Shown here piece after piece: positions 19,421 to 20,000 of a stretch of DNA of 20,000 nucleotides. A program made the position numbers and the translations under genes. Source of the stretch: an uncultured virus (IMG/VR IMGVR_UViG_3300023180_000044) (lineage: Duplodnaviria > Heunggongvirae > Uroviricota > Caudoviricetes); IMG/VR virus record IMGVR_UViG_3300023180_000044. The stretch is one strand, 5' to 3'. The notes under the pieces are model-generated. The model saw only the letters and a list, made by a program, of their open reading frames with translations, was not told the origin of the DNA and searched no databases. How positions within the stretch are numbered: the stretch's first letter is position 1; every line of letters starts with the position of its first letter.

Positions 19421-20000
19421 AATATTTCTTGATTAAACATGTATTTGTCAATGTATTTATTCATTGCACTCTTTCCAATTCTTAAACCAAAGTAGAAGTG
19501 ATATGGAGCACCAACCAATAACTTCATATTTGTGATATTGGCATTTGTCGTGCTGTCTAATGTAATGACCCCACCTGAATTAGTTGAGTTATAAATAAAC
19601 CCTGGTTTTTCAGTTGTTGGTGTTGATACGCTTGAAGGGAAGGTATAACTACTATTTAACCTATCAATTGTTTGATAGTTAATAGTGTCAATATTACCTG
19701 TAGGTTGTTTATATTTCCAATCATTATATTCGTTACCGAAGATAACATTGTTATTTGGTTTAATATTCCATGGATGGAAAGGTACCTCTTGGTCTTTAAA
19801 ACCATATAGATTATATAAATGACCCGCTTGAGTATCTTGGAATGTTGTCCTACCTGGAGTAATCAAATCTCTATTCACTGTATTAGCTGAGAAGAATACA
19901 CCCATATTTGGATTATTATTCAAATCAAATTACAACGCATCTGATGGATAGTTATTACCCATATATGGTATCACACCAAACTCAGAGTTGATACTCATAA
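19417..20000 (-). CDS. C-terminal part of a hypothetical phage structural protein entering from the right edge, interrupted by an in-frame TAA at 19930-19932
   Basis: ORF track shows 19417..19923 only. The same frame reads MSINSEFGVIPYMGNNYPSDAL*FDLNNNPNMGVFFS from 19998, protein-like on both sides of a single stop. It ends APYHFYFGLRIGKSAMNKYIDKYMFNQEIL with an ATGA overlap into the next gene. Confidence 0.65.

Noticed and set aside
1..20000. Alternative genetic code (stop-codon reassignment)
   Set aside because: The standard code gives near-complete coding density with very long ORFs. TAA and TGA are used as true stops at overlapping junctions, and only one anomalous stop was seen.

Overview
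All real genes in this AT-rich window lie on the minus strand. It looks like the late (virion structural) region of a large tailed phage, probably one infecting Bacteroidota/Flavobacteriia; both the phage and host calls are inferred from motifs, since no hallmark capsid, terminase or portal gene is in view. In transcription order (right to left) the first block is a tightly coupled run of seven genes. It comprises a 5'-truncated gene with an in-frame TAA, four hypothetical proteins (571, ~266, 359 with a PKD-like domain, and 301 aa), a 989-aa baseplate-wedge-like protein, and a ~1901-aa mosaic adhesin-like protein (Cys-rich modules, Thr/Pro linkers, carbohydrate-binding-like jelly-roll, SprB repeats, vWA-like C-terminus). 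Two separately spaced genes follow: a 1354-aa mucin-like Thr/Pro protein with three 138-aa repeats, and a >650-aa tail-fibre-like protein that is missing from the ORF track because it runs off the left edge. The main points of interest are a ~115-aa domain shared by the wedge-like protein and the adhesin, SprB gliding-adhesin repeats in an apparent phage protein, a TATTTAT promoter-like motif that is the reverse complement of the T4 late promoter, and a lone internal stop codon at 19930-19932. I saw no RNA genes, CRISPR arrays or mobile elements.
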